From Carcharhinus longimanus (Eukaryota), in NCBI GenBank assembly GCA_030264375.1, contig JASCQW010000061.1, forward strand, positions 121,994,143 through 122,055,282: DNA of 61,140 nt, written 5' to 3'. Below are positions 1 to 12,251 of this stretch, one piece after another. A model generated the notes under the pieces. The model searched no databases, was not told the origin of the DNA, and saw nothing but the letters and a program-made list of their open reading frames with translations. Position 1 is the stretch's first letter. Every line of letters starts with the position of its first letter. Position numbers and translations under genes: made by a program.

Positions 1-120
1 AGATGTGTTGGTTAGATGGTGCATTGACCCAAATAGGTGCCGGACTGTGACGACGAGGGGAATTTCTCAATAACTTCATTGCAGTGTTAATGTAAGCCTG
101 ACTTGTGACTGATAAATAAC
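1..120 (+). mobile_element. 3' part of a V-SINE-type SINE (cut by window edge)
   Basis: Tail taacttcattgcagtgttaatgtaagcct...aaataac aligns by eye with the 3' end of the SINE at 37773-38070. Confidence 0.7.
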
Positions 121-1945
121 ATTTTTTTTTAAACTTTAAAATTAATTGACGTTTGTCAAATGTATGAAGACAGCTGGGACAAAGGTGGATGTATGGAATT
201 ACGCCACTTTTCAACTACACTTCAAGTGAAGAATAGAAAAGGTTTGAGTGGCTAACTGGCCGAGTCCTGTTCCTGTGGCAGAAAGGAGATGTGTCTCGGG
301 CATATTAACAGAAGCTGATTCTGCAAAATGAATTAGTGCTTTCAGGACGAGGGAGGGTTCGTATAAATGAAGAAAAGGATGCTTTTTTTACATTTCAAAT
401 TAAGCACTGATGGTACAGTGTTCATTTCAGAGACTAATTGTCCTTCATTTTAAAGTGTATGTTATGAAATCCAGAAGGAAATGCGCATTAAAGATTCATT
501 TTGTCATCAGTATTACCCAGAACTTTTTGAACCAGAAAGTTGCCAGAATGCTTAGTTAGGTCCATCTTTAAAATTAGCTTCAAAAGCATTGTATTTTTTT
601 ACAAATCTGGAAAATGTGTATAGCTGCAGGTGGAAAGGCCTGATGTCCAGAGAATTGTTAATCGTGACAATGTGACCTGCAGCACTGAGTTCTTGATTTT
701 TCAATTTCAAGGCACTGATTGTTCCACGTGACTATTGTAAGCATCACCCTGTGGACTTGCTGAGTTGCTCACTGACGGAACTTATTGCTGACACGAGCTG
801 AATGGCTCTCGAGACCGTGCCCCAAATTTAAAATATTTGAGGCTCGTAAGGTCACAGAGACTAATTTGATTAGAACATTAAGAGAGCCCTGATGAAGCGG
901 GCAGTGAGCATTTTTCATTCAAAGAGCTTTTCTGCATTAACTAAAATTATTCCGGCAGGACAAGGAGCCAAAGTTGAACAGAGGACAACTTCTTGGCAGT
1001 TTTTAATTACGCTTAGAAGTTGAGAGACAGCTCAGGTCACCAGGCTCAATCAATCCAACTTTGCATTCACTTTCTATTCAAATAAATGATCCTAATCACA
1101 TTTACCTGCCCCCTTCTCAGATCCCTTTATCAGCACTTTCTTAATCCTATTCAAACTATTATTTACTGTTGGCAGATTCTGCCTCAACTGTTAACATTGG
1201 AAGAGAAATGTACGGTCTCACTAAATTATTACGGAAATAAATTTCTCTGGCGTTCTGTGAAAAATTGCTTATATTTCACCTTGTATCTAGAGTCCCTTAT
1301 TCTGTATTCCTTAGCTCCGAGAAGCATTATGCTATCCCATTTTTTTTTATGATTTTAAACACTTTCAGTGTGGACTGTATTTAATGTATTTAGCTGGGTT
1401 CTTTTAATCGTGGGGGAGACTCCAGATTAACATCAGACCATCAGCAAACCTTCCCCTACGGTTAAGTAGGGGTTTGACCCTGGATTTCCTGCCACGACTA
1501 TTGGAATGTCAGTTGGCTCACTGCTGATTAAGTGGGGGCTGCACAACATTCCTGAACCCTCAAAATTCCACCCAGCAAACCGCGTCAGCTTTGCCAAAGG
1601 GGAGGGAGATCTGTCAGTCAACACTGCCTGATTGAGAATGAGGTGCTACTGAAAGCTACCCCTTGCTTCCGAATACCTTGCCACCTCGCTCTCCTCCTAT
1701 CCTCGTGCTGTGGTCGCCATCCTCCCTTTGCTTTTGTCTGGACCCCCTCAGTGGTTCTGGACCTCAGAGGGGTCCATTGCAACCAGCTGCCATCACTCTT
1801 GTTTGTGCTGGCAGCAAAAGGAGCTATCAGCTTCTGAATAGCGAGCAGCTCTTGGTGGGCACAACTTCCCACCTCTAGGATCCTGATCCCCTGGAAGACC
1901 CGAGTTGCTCGACTGACTCAATTTTACAGGCCTTCCCAAGAGATA

Positions 1946-2119
1946 ACATAGAACATAGAACATAGAGCGCGGAACAGGCCCTTCGGCCCACAATGTTGCG
2001 CCAGCCAGTCTTGTTTTTTAAAAAAAACACTGACCCACTAACCTAAACCAATCCCTTTTCGTCCATAAACCTATCCACCAATCCCTTAAACGCCCCCAAA
2101 CTAGGCGCATTTACAACTG
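1946..2119 (-). mobile_element. CR1-type LINE 3' end running into a gap
   Basis: (AACATAG)n tail followed by gaacaggcccttcggcccac, the typical CR1 3' UTR end in reverse orientation. Confidence 0.7.
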
Positions 2120-2299
2120 NNNNNNNNNNNNNNNNNNNNNNNNNNNNNNNNNNNNNNNNNNNNNNNNNNNNNNNNNNNNNNNNNNNNNNNNNNNNNNNNN
2201 NNNNNNNNNNNNNNNNNNNTCTCCATTACAAGGAACTGTGATGGTGACAACTTATGTGCCTGAAGGGCAATTGATTCATTGAGCCTCTCCCATTAAATT

Positions 2300-3108
2300 G
2301 ACAAAATTTCCTTTTGGTTCTCTGGCAAGTGGGCAAAAGCCTGAAAGGATCCTCGGCCTTTTCTCTCAATGAAACAAAAATGTAGGATATTTTTGAGTGA
2401 TGAGAGATTTGGAAATGTTTGTATTCTGAGGGACCTTTACATTCTTGGACATGAATCACCAAAAGTTGAATTCATGGCAACTGGTATGTCTGCTTTTATT
2501 GCAAAGGGATTGGCCTAAAAGAATAAAGAAGTCTTATTACGATTGTTTGTGGCACTGGTGAGACCACACCTGGAATACTGCGTGCAGATTTGATCTCTTT
2601 ACCTAAAGAAGGACATTTTTGTCCTTAAGGGATTACAAAAAATCTTCATTAGATTGTTTCTGTGATGAGGGAATGATTTTATGAGCAAAGATTGAATAGA
2701 TTAGGCCTAAAGCTGCTGGATTTTAGGAATAAGAAGTGATCGAATTGGACCATGTACAATTCTTAAGGGCTTGACAGGATAGTTGCTGAGAAAATGTTTT
2801 CAGTGCTGGAGAGTATAGAACGTGGGCTCAGAGTGTAAGAATAGAGGTTCAAACGTTTAGGATGGAGATAAGGGGTAATTTCTTCATTCAAAAAGGTTGT
2901 GAACCTTTGGAATTTCCTACCCCAAGAGAGCTGTGAATGCCCCGTTGTCATGTATATTTAAGCCACAGGTTGTTAGAATTTTGAATACAAAGAGATTCAG
3001 GAGTATGGGGATAATGCAGGGGTGGATGTGAGGTATATCAGCCATGAATGGCAAAACAGAATTAAGCAGCCGAGCAGCCTAATTTTGCTCCCGTTTCTTA
3101 GGGTCTTC
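2300..3108 (+). mobile_element. Decayed CR1 LINE, ORF2 C-terminus and 3' UTR
   Basis: Remnant of LVRPHLEYCVQ (ctggtgagaccacacctggaatactgcgtgcag) and VVNLWNFLP motifs, interrupted by stops. Confidence 0.85.
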
Positions 3109-3441
3109 TTTGTCTTTTGTATTTGTGTCAGTTACGTTGTTGTAATACAAAGAAATGCCCATGAAAAGAGTGCATTGAGGAATTTTAAACTGCTGCCTTA
3201 ACCAGTGCATTCAAATAATGTTAAATGGAATTACGGCCCTTGACATTTTTAATGGATTGGCAGGTGCCTTCTTGAAGAACCCTGCTGGGGAACCCAGAAT
3301 AAATGTAAAAATGTAATTTTAATAGATTCAGTCTTCCACCATTTTTGCTGTTTGCAGATGTATTGACTAAGATACAGGTAGTCAGGGTTGTGAATAAATA
3401 GATTTCATTTTCTAACAGATTGATTTTTGTTGTCTGTCCAG

Positions 3442-3619
3442 CTCTCTGTGGAGGCAATATTACTGCACTGAATGGTACAATCTACTCTCCTGGGTACCCT
3501 GATGAGTACCCTAACTTTCAGGACTGCCTTTGGATTGTTAAAGTACCTCCAGGCAATGGAATCTACATCAACTTCACTGTTTTACAGACAGAGCCGATAT
3601 ATGACTTCATCACTGTGTG
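3442..3619 (+). CDS. CSMD3: CSMD3 coding exon (first half of penultimate CUB domain), 178 bp
   Basis: Acceptor tgtctgtccag, donor gtaggt. Translates (A)LCGGNITALNGTIYSPGYPDEYPNFQDCLWIVKVPPGNGIYINFTVLQTEPIYDFITV(W), a CUB consensus; phase-2 junction matches the next exon. Confidence 0.93.
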
Positions 3620-3907
3620 GTAGGTTATAAATATTCCTTTATTGATTTATTACAGCAGTCACGAATTAAACTGAGCCTTGCATGGATAAATGACTGCTGT
3701 TTTGTCACTTTAATAAAATAAATGTATTTGTTGCAAAGTATAATAATTGTGGTCTCTGCACCAAAATCAGAGTATTACCATCTATGTTCTTATTTTTAAA
3801 AACATACCTTACTCAAGTTATTAATTATTCTACTAGATAATGTAACAAAAAAACCTGCCTGAGTCATGGAAATATAACAGCCTCGAGTGGAAATTGATTT
3901 ATTTGGA

Positions 3908-4070
3908 ACAAAAAAACGAGGCGCTGGAAAATCTGAGCATCTCTTTGAAGAGTTATCCAGATGCAGAACATTAGTTCTGTTCTCTCTCCACAGACTCTGT
4001 CAGACCTGCTGAGACTTTTCACATCTCTGTTTTTGTTTCAGATTCCAGCATCCACTGTAATCTATTTTTC
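3908..4070. mobile_element. Short fold-back Penelope-like element, internally deleted (family B)
   Basis: gctggaaaatctgagc pairs with gctgagactttt; rest resembles the element at 26646-26865. Confidence 0.6.
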
Positions 4071-4380
4071 TTTGTTTATTTAGAGACAATCGGATTAACA
4101 GCTACCCCACAATTATAGTTATTTGTCAGTGCAGAACTTTAGAATTGCTGAAAAAAAATGTCATTGAAGCTTTGTGTCTTGCGCTCAACACCTCACAAGA
4201 ATTTACCAATGTTACAGGGGATTAAAAATTTATATTGCATGCGTTGGAGACATTTTCAGAGAGTTCTAGGGAGCAGAGGGATTGCCCAACAGCAGTTCAA
4301 AGTTCCTGAGCATTTTCCAGGGGAATTTGTATTGGAATTTCTAAGAGATCTCCAAATGCATCTTCGAGAATATGTCTGGT

Positions 4381-4446
4381 CTCCAATTGTCCAGATAAGT
4401 TGAAACATGTCCTCCAATTGTCCAGATAAGTTGAAACATGTCCTCC
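4381..4446. repeat. Perfect 31-bp tandem duplication
   Basis: ctccaattgtccagataagttgaaacatgtc at 4381-4411 and 4412-4442, plus ctcc. Confidence 0.95.
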
Positions 4447-4479
4447 TTACAAACGTTTTACCACAACTCAATCTCTGGC

Positions 4480-4609
4480 TGAAGAGGGAGGGTGGCTCGG
4501 GGAAAAATTGGTCCCCTCAGGGACAGAGGAGAGGAATTGTGCTTGGAGTCTGAGGGAATGGGGGAGATCCTGAATGAATACTTTGCGTCGGTATTCACGA
4601 AGGAGAGGG
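4480..4609 (+). mobile_element. CR1 ORF2 fragment abutting a gap
   Basis: KIGPLRDRGEELCLESEGMGEILNEYFASVFTKE, the CR1 linker motif upstream of the RT domain. Confidence 0.85.
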
Positions 4610-4740
4610 NNNNNNNNNNNNNNNNNNNNNNNNNNNNNNNNNNNNNNNNNNNNNNNNNNNNNNNNNNNNNNNNNNNNNNNNNNNNNNNNNNNNNNNNNNN
4701 NNNNNNNNNNNNNNNNNNNNNNNNNNNNNNNNNNNNNNNN

Positions 4741-4966
4741 TGGGTTTTCTCCGGGTGCTCCGGTTTCCTCCCACACCCCAAAGATGTGCTATTTAGGCTG
4801 ATTGGAGGTAATAAATTATCCATAAATTAGTTTCCCTCAATGTGGAACGCCATAAACAATAGATAAGGGTCATGGGCGGAGGGGGGACTGGTAATGTGAG
4901 AATGGCGGCGCGGGCTCGTTGGGCCGAGGGGCCTGTTTCCCGGGCTGTTTTTGTTCTTTGTTCTTT
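4741..4966 (+). mobile_element. HE1/V-SINE body and CR1-like tail
   Basis: V-domain tgggttttctccgggtgctccggtttcctcccaca; tail gggccgaggggcctgttt...(GTTCTTT)n. Confidence 0.85.
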
Positions 4967-7182
4967 AATAATGGTTCTATCATAGAAGGTTAGGGTGCCA
5001 GATTATAAAGTCAGACAAGATCCCAACAACTTTCTGTTTAGACAATGCGAGGGTCTGATGTTTCACTCCAGGCATGATTCTACTGATAAACTAGGGAGCT
5101 TTTATCAAAACCAGCTTTATTTAACAACACGGTTTTAACTATAACAAATTAAGTAACGTAACTTTTAACAATTGAACAATACGTAAACATGACAAGATAT
5201 AATTTTTAACTGCTAACCTCTCACTATTAGTTCCAATCAAGCAACATTTCTCTTATCGGCTGAAACTCTTCTTTAAAATTAGTTCGCTCAGTATAAGCAT
5301 ATTTGCTGGTGACTGAGGTTTACAGTCTTGGAGCTTTCAGAAAGCCTCTGGAGAGAGGGACAGAAAGACACTTCTTTCTTCCAATAGCTGCAGGCATTTT
5401 AATATGAAAATGAAACTGCTTTTTCCTGCAAGCCGAACGCCTTCCATTAACCACATGACTCTGTCTCTGTCAATCAGCCCAATCAAAACTCACATGACTC
5501 TGCAAACCTAGTCTAAAATCCTTCGACAATATATGTAAATAAACGATCCATCAACAGTACAAAGTCACACATTTCTAGCCAAAATCAGTTATTGTCCTGC
5601 TGTCACCATTTTAGCTACATGTTTTTCCCAGACAAATTAACTCTTGTAACAAAACACTGTCCTTTAAAACAATTCCACCTTCAACGTAAGATACCGCAAA
5701 AATAGCACACTATCATCACAACAGGGCCAAAGGAAAGTCATGACAGATCTGATACAAATGCCTCTCTTTTTCTTTCTTTACAAATCTGTTTGTGAATTGC
5801 ATTTACACCCAAGTCAAAAGATTAAGTATGTTTGAAGTGTTGTCACGATTGCAATATAACATTTTGGCATTGTAAAGATTGTAAAAGGAAATCCTATGTT
5901 TCTATTTGAAACAATGGATCTATTTTAAAAAGTGGCTCTGAAAATGATTTGGGAACCTACCTCCCGGATTAAGTGCTGAGGCACAACCAGCTCACCCATT
6001 GCCACTGACAACAAAAAGTTATTAGAATTCGCAGTACAACCAAAAGAGGGCTGGTGATACGGACAAAAAAGACACAGTCAAACTCCCATCATGAGAAGAA
6101 GGTGTTTTAAGTTATCTTTGAAGTTTGCTGAGGCATTTTTAGCCAACCCCGTGATTTGGTAATTCAGTTGACCAATAATGCACAGCAAGCATGCGTTATG
6201 ATTAACTCAGAAGGTTAGTTCATTTCAAACTCAAATTTCAGTGAGGGGATGTTTGCAACGTTTTACTCGACCATGCACCACACGCATGCCAATGAGTAAT
6301 CCATACTGGCGTTCTTGTGTTGGAAAGCCATTGTCCAGACAAAGCTACTGAAGGGTAAGTTTATCAAAGGATGTCACCTCAATAGTCCCCTTTTTAAATT
6401 GGCTTGAACAGTCCCAGGTGTGAAATAAGTCTGTTAGTCACTCTGCAAGCGTGAGAAGTTGTGATGTGCGAGACCCATAGTTTTTTGATTGCCAGGGATA
6501 TGCATTGTGAGGTGTGAGGTTTCACAGGCTGAGGGCAGAATGAGTGTGTTCCTGTAACTGTTGTTGGCATTTCAAGAACAAAGGGCCAATCCTGTGGTCA
6601 TGTGACTTGTAGCAGCTTTCTTTTGGTTAATCAGAAAACCCATTTTAAAAATGGCAGAATGAAAAGAATAAAACTTTGACATCCATACAGTTTTAGATTT
6701 CATCTCATGTATTATTCACCTGACACCAGCTGTTTGGCAGTGTAGCGGATATTTTAATTCTTTTGTTTTTAGGGGCGAGTAAGGGTACATACTTGCATCT
6801 GCTCCTTACTTAGGCACTTAAGAAGATCCAATGTGGTATCAGAGTCTGGTATGTCAAAGAAGGGGAGGTGCATACACTTGCAATTCTATCCAAAATGCCT
6901 ACACCTGGAAAGCACTTGTGGTGGATGGTACTGGTTGATGGACAGGATCCACTTCTGGATTCTGGAAATAAACCCCAAACCCATATTCTCCCAGAAGCTT
7001 CTGCCATGTCACTCAAGTAGCAATTATTCCAGTTTGGGCTTCAACAGTGAGTGTCAAAAAGCTGTTAATTTCACGAGCATAACAGTCAACTGAATTCAGT
7101 TCTGTACTGAAATTCAGAACAGCAAATATTCCCTCTCCGATTTCGGAACCTTCGAGCTATTGTCGTGGCTATATTGTGCAGT

Positions 7183-7292
7183 CCCAGCTGAGATTAGCTA
7201 GCAGTACAAGCCAGGGATCAAACTTTGGGTCTTCCTGATTTATACAGCTCAGACATATCCAAGATAAATTAACTGAGCCTTTGGGGGAGCTC
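7183..7292 (-). mobile_element. Decayed tRNA-derived SINE head
   Basis: Reverse strand reads gagctccccc..ggctcagt (box A-like) ... gtttgatccctgg (box B-like). Confidence 0.5.
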
Positions 7293-7794
7293 ATTAAATA
7301 CATTCTGACTGAAACTCAAGTAAAGTTTTTTGCTGTCTGTGAAGAAGATAAAATCAGATGCTATTGTGGTAATTAGTGTAACTGCCTTGTCTTTGTTAGA
7401 TGGTGCCTAGATGCCAGTTTGAAAAAAAAACAGGGTCAGGTCTGTATCATTTACATTGCTGTTTCTGCATTCACTCTGAGCAAGTTCCCCCCCAGTCCGA
7501 GTAATTTCACCTGTTTAATTATGAGTGTGGACAAAGAGAATATGTTGGAAATTATGTTCAACCGTGTGAGAGATTTTCTGCTTCAACATTTAAGTGTACA
7601 CTGGGACAGTATAATCGCATGTATTATAGTGGAGTGTCGTTTTGGGTTCCAGGCCTTGAGAAACATATCGGGGCAGCAGAGTGGCACAACACAGAATCTG
7701 TCAAATGCTACCTGGTATGAGAAAATATAATTCTGAAGTTCGAGTTAAAGCTGGGGGCAGTATTTGTCAGAATCGAGAAGCTTGCAGAGTGATT

Positions 7795-8500
7795 TTTAAA
7801 AATTCATTCAGGGTATATAGGCTAGACCAGCATTTGTTGCCCATCCCCGATTTCCATTGACAAAGTGGGGGTGAGCTGCCATCTTGAATTGTTGCCGTCC
7901 ATTTGATGGAGGTGCACCTGCAGTGCTGTTCGGGAGGGTGTTCCAGGGTTTCAAATCAGGAGCAGTGAAGGTAAGGCAGCGTATTTCTAACGATGTAGAA
8001 ATGCCAGCGTTGGGCTGGGGTAAACACAGTAAGAAGTCTCACAACACCAGGTTGAAGTCCAAACAGAACCTTCCACACACCTGAAGAAGGAACACCGTTT
8101 CCGAAAGCCTGTGGGATTACGATCAAATAAACTGGTTGGACTTAAACCTGGTGTTGTGAGACTTCTTACTGAGCATTTTCCTAAATCAGGGACATGAGTG
8201 ACTTTGAGGGGAACTTCCAGGTCGCGGTCTTCCCATCTGTCTGCTGCCCCTGGTCATGGATTTGGTGGGGGTGCTGTCTAAGGAGCCTAGCTGAGTTCCT
8301 GCAGTAAATTTTGTAGATTCACTGTTGCCACTGTGATTCGGTGGTGATGGGAGTGGATGCTTTTGGATGGGGTGCTGATCAAAGGGATTGCTTTGACTTG
8401 GATGGTGCAAGCTTCATGTGTGTTTGTGTGGCATTCATCCTGGGAAGTGCACAGTATTCTATCACACTCCTGAAGTTTGCCGTGTAGATTTAGAAACCCA
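7795..8500 (-). mobile_element. L2/CR1-group LINE 3' region, interrupted by a nested fold-back element
   Basis: Reverse complement aligns by eye with the + strand LINE at 45295-45990 (tail gatgggcaacaaatgctgg). Confidence 0.7.
7992..8171. mobile_element. Fold-back Penelope-like element (family A) with hammerhead-like core
   Basis: agtaagaagtctcacaacaccaggttgaagtccaa ... ttggacttaaacctggtgttgtgagacttcttact inverted arms; CTGAAGA-stem-GAAA at 8081-8106. Confidence 0.75.
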
Positions 8501-9993
8501 GTCATTGCATGATGCACAGAAAGGGCAAACGTAGACATTACATTGATCTTAAGGTTGTCAATAAAGCAATCGTTCAATACATGTTGGCACGATCTGATTG
8601 AAAACTGTCATATTTCTCCCCAGAGAAATGGACCAGTTTTCCATTGAGATCTTCACACACTTGGCTATTTTTTTGAAGGGAGGCATGTTTTGCACCATCA
8701 CTGTGAGGGGTGGGGCCTAAAGATACTGGTAAGCCAGGCTTCACAGAATTTAAAGGCCCCCCCCCCCTCCTTAATGTTCACTAGCAGAAGNNNNNNNNNN
8801 NNNNNNNNNNNNNNNNNNNNNNNNNNNNNNNNNNNNNNNNNNNNNNNNNNNNNNNNNNNNNNNNNNNNNNNNNNNNNNNNCATGTCAGGCCTGCCCCCTT
8901 CAGGCCCCACCCCGATGAAAGTACCAATCCACACTACCAGGGCACATCCTACCATGTTCCCAAGTACCCGGGGCGGCAATAGCCTCCAACATCTGTTTGT
9001 GAAGACCAGTAACGATCCATTGAATCAATTAATTTACTTTGGATCAAAAATCTTAGAAAATGATGAATATAGTGTTAAAAGTACTAAGCAGTTTGATAAA
9101 AATTAAGATCATTGAACTGACAGTTATTGGAAAAGATCAAAATGTAAGTAATATTCACGTGAAGACTGACAAAAGGTATTCTTTATCTCAGTTGAATAGA
9201 CCAAGATATTTTGAAGAAAAAATTGTGGTTCTTTAGAGAAAGAAAAATGCTGATACTTATTTAATAATCTCTGCAACTTGAAAAGTGTTCTTGAGCTGAC
9301 TTAAGGTTAATTGGATTGGTTAATGTAAACTGGATCTGAAGTGAGTGCTAAAAGGGTACTTGGAAGATGTTGGACAAGTGGTGTTCCATTGTCAAAGAAT
9401 ATACTGGAAGACATCATGACAAAGGGATGAGTGTCATCCAAGGGGAGTATAGATCCAAATTGGAAGCAATGAAATGTTAGATGGGTTGAAACGTGTGATA
9501 GAGTTAAGTACTGAATGCATTAACTGGGTTATAAGAGATTTCTCTCCAATTTTAACAAAGACATTTCTAATTTACAATAAAGGAGTTTCATTCAAAATAG
9601 ATGACCACATTCATTGAAATTACATGTTGTGATTTCAAGCCAAGTGGGTAAGATTAATCACTGCACACTTATCAAGAACAAGAAATAGCGATAATGATGA
9701 ATGGAAGGGAGGAGCTACATTTGTAACCAATAATAACTAGCAAACAATATGGTTGAAAATCTGTATTTAGCTGATAAGATTACCAAAGGATGTTGTCTTT
9801 TGATTTGAAAAACAAGATCCTGGGATCTTAAAGTTCCTTCTCGTAAGACTAGAATTGACACAATGTTTCATTACTTGTAAATTGAACTTAAAAAAGAAAG
9901 CAATAAACAAAACAATGATTACAGGCAGAGATTGCCAAGCATCACTGTCTGTCTGAGCAGCTGGGCACAAGACAAAACTTCTTCACTTAAATT

Positions 9994-10200
9994 GGGGGTT
10001 GGTTTATCTCCATTGGCTGGATGGTTGATTAGTGATGCAGAGCGACGGCAACAGCGCAGGTTCAATTCCTATCCTGGCTGAGGTTGTTCATGAAGGCCTC
10101 GCCTTCTCAGCCTCGCCCCTGGCTTCAGGTGCGGTGATACCCAGGTTAATTAACCACCGGTGAGCTGCTCCCCGACACACCATGGTGATCCAGAAATATG
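9994..10200 (+). mobile_element. tRNA-derived SINE
   Basis: Box A-like ggtttatctccattgg, box B ggttcaattcc; related head at 13138-13240. Confidence 0.65.
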
Positions 10201-10214
10201 ACAACTTTACCTTA

Positions 10215-10785
10215 ATGTAATACAACATCCCGAGGCACTTTGGCATGAATGTTATTCACCAAAGTTGGAGCAAATGACCCAAAAGCTTGGTCAAAGAGGT
10301 AGATTTCAGGTTGAGTCTCAAAGTAGGATAGAGAGTTGGAGAGGTTTATAGAGGGGAATTCTAGAGCCTTGACAGCTAATGTCATGGTCACCAGTGATGG
10401 AGCAATTCAGATCAGTGATACTTAAATGGCTGGAATTAGAGAAATGCAGATACTTCTGAGGATTTTAGATGATTTCAGTGATGGTAGGGGGGGGCGGTGG
10501 AGAAAAGCCAGGCAGCGATCTGGAAATAAAGTGTTTAAAATTGAGGCATTGGTTCACCTGGCAACCAAAATAGGTCAATGCGCACAAGGTGTAAATAATA
10601 TTTAATGTCAATCAGGACACATCAGCAGAGTTTTGGATGAGCCCAAGTTCATGAAGATTGAATGCATGAGACCAACCTGCAGGGCTTTGCAATAAGCAAG
10701 TTTACAGGTACCAAAGGCATGGATCATGAGTTGAGATTTGGGCAGAGTCTGGCAAAGTTGCAGAGATGGAAATAGGTGGTAAATA
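10215..10785 (-). mobile_element. Decayed L2-like LINE 3' region
   Basis: Purine-rich gacccaaaagcttggtcaaagaggtagatttc... resembles recalled shark L2 antisense consensus; no readable ORF. Confidence 0.5.
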
Positions 10786-10999
10786 AATAGCTGGGCAAAA
10801 AACTGTCAAGTCCTCTAAGATGAAAACCATTTTAGCTTTCAAATCCAATGGTGTGTTGATGAATTCTGGCAATTTCACATGTCAGGATGATCAGATAGAA
10901 ATACATTTAGATATTGTTGCACAAGTAATTTATGAACACTTTTATTAACGAACATGCCGAGTTAATGCTTCATATGAGTGATGTAAAAAGTTAGAATTA

Positions 11000-11220
11000 T
11001 GTCCATGGGTGGGCCCCCCGCCCCCATTCCCTTTGGCAGCGTGTTGTGCGGTGGCAAAGTTGGCCCATCATTGGCTGACAGTGGGATTTCCAGTCCCATC
11101 GCTATCAACTGGTTTTCCTATTGTTTGTACCCCCTGTTGCTGGGGAACCCACGGCGGGAGTTCACCATTGGCGAGACTGGAAGATTCCACCTGAGAGAAT
11201 AGCCAGAAAATTTCAGCCCA
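11000..11220. mobile_element. MITE-like ~200-bp element
   Basis: Internal inverted repeat gtgggatttccagtccc / gagactggaagattccac, end gaaaatttcagccc; colinear relative at 56965-57170. Confidence 0.6.
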
Positions 11221-12105
11221 TGAACTATACAATGAGACCTGAGGTGGACTTGAACTGCGCTTGAGTCCCTGATAGGATATGCTGTGGTGAGTTGATTTTT
11301 CCAGCAGGAGAGACAACAGGAGGCTATTGCAGTATTAATGACCAGACCTCATTTAAATGTACATGTCCGCTCCCCACTTTAAAGGGGGCCGCTGATCGGT
11401 GAAGACTGGGTGGCCCTGAGCTGCTCACCGACTTCCATACAGGTGTTAGGGAAGGGTACTCAGAATGGTCTCCTCACCGGATGGTGATTGACTGCTGTCT
11501 GGTGCAGGAAAGGCCACAGATTGCAGGGTCCATAGAAGCAACATTCCCACACAATGCAGAATTCCAGACATGCATAAATCCCTGTTTGTTCTCAGACTGA
11601 GCTACGGACTGTCTCTGTGTAAGGGAAAGGATACTATCTCTGTTCAGGTCCCGGTGACAACTTCATTGGTGTCTTCTAGGCATCATTGGAACCTCATTTC
11701 CATAAAATTCTGAAGAAAATAGTAAATTGTAAACATGTTTGCATGTTTTCTACCTGCAGTGACACATAATTCTCAATCATTTACAAAATGAAACAAAGGC
11801 TTTGTGCTTTTACTTGCACGTGTATGGGGGAAAATACCAGTTGAGGCATTTAAAATGAAAAATGTGTCTCATCTGTACGCAATACCTTGAAGATTAATAT
11901 CAGAAATATTCTGTATCTAAACAGTAAGTAACATTTTTGATTGAAAATATTCACTGAGGTAGGTCAGGTTAAAAATTGGTCTTGCAATNNNNNNNNNNTA
12001 TACATCAGGTGAAATACGTTCTATGCGGTTAAATCATACGATTATTTTTCCACAGTTGGACATAATAACCTGAATGGACTCTATTAATGATACTGTCTTG
12101 TTTAG

Positions 12106-12251
12106 GGATGGGCCAGACCAGACTGCTCCTCAGATTGGACAGTTCAGTGGAAATACAGCATTGGAGTCGGTCTACAGTACATCGAACCAGATCTTAATTA
12201 AATTCCACAGCGATTTCACAACAGGCGGCTCCTTCATCCTCAGTTACCATG
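12106..12251 (+). CDS. CSMD3: CSMD3 coding exon (second half of CUB domain), 146 bp
   Basis: Acceptor tcttgtttag, donor gttggt. (W)DGPDQTAPQIGQFSGNTALESVYSTSNQILIKFHSDFTTGGSFILSYH; TG|G rebuilds the Trp codon with the previous exon. Confidence 0.93.

Noticed and set aside
886-920. CTGATGA motif suggesting another hammerhead
   Set aside because: No closing stem II followed by GAAA and no fold-back arms.
4381-4446. 31-bp repeat of CRISPR-like length
   Set aside because: Adjacent copies with no spacer in a vertebrate intron; simple slippage duplication.
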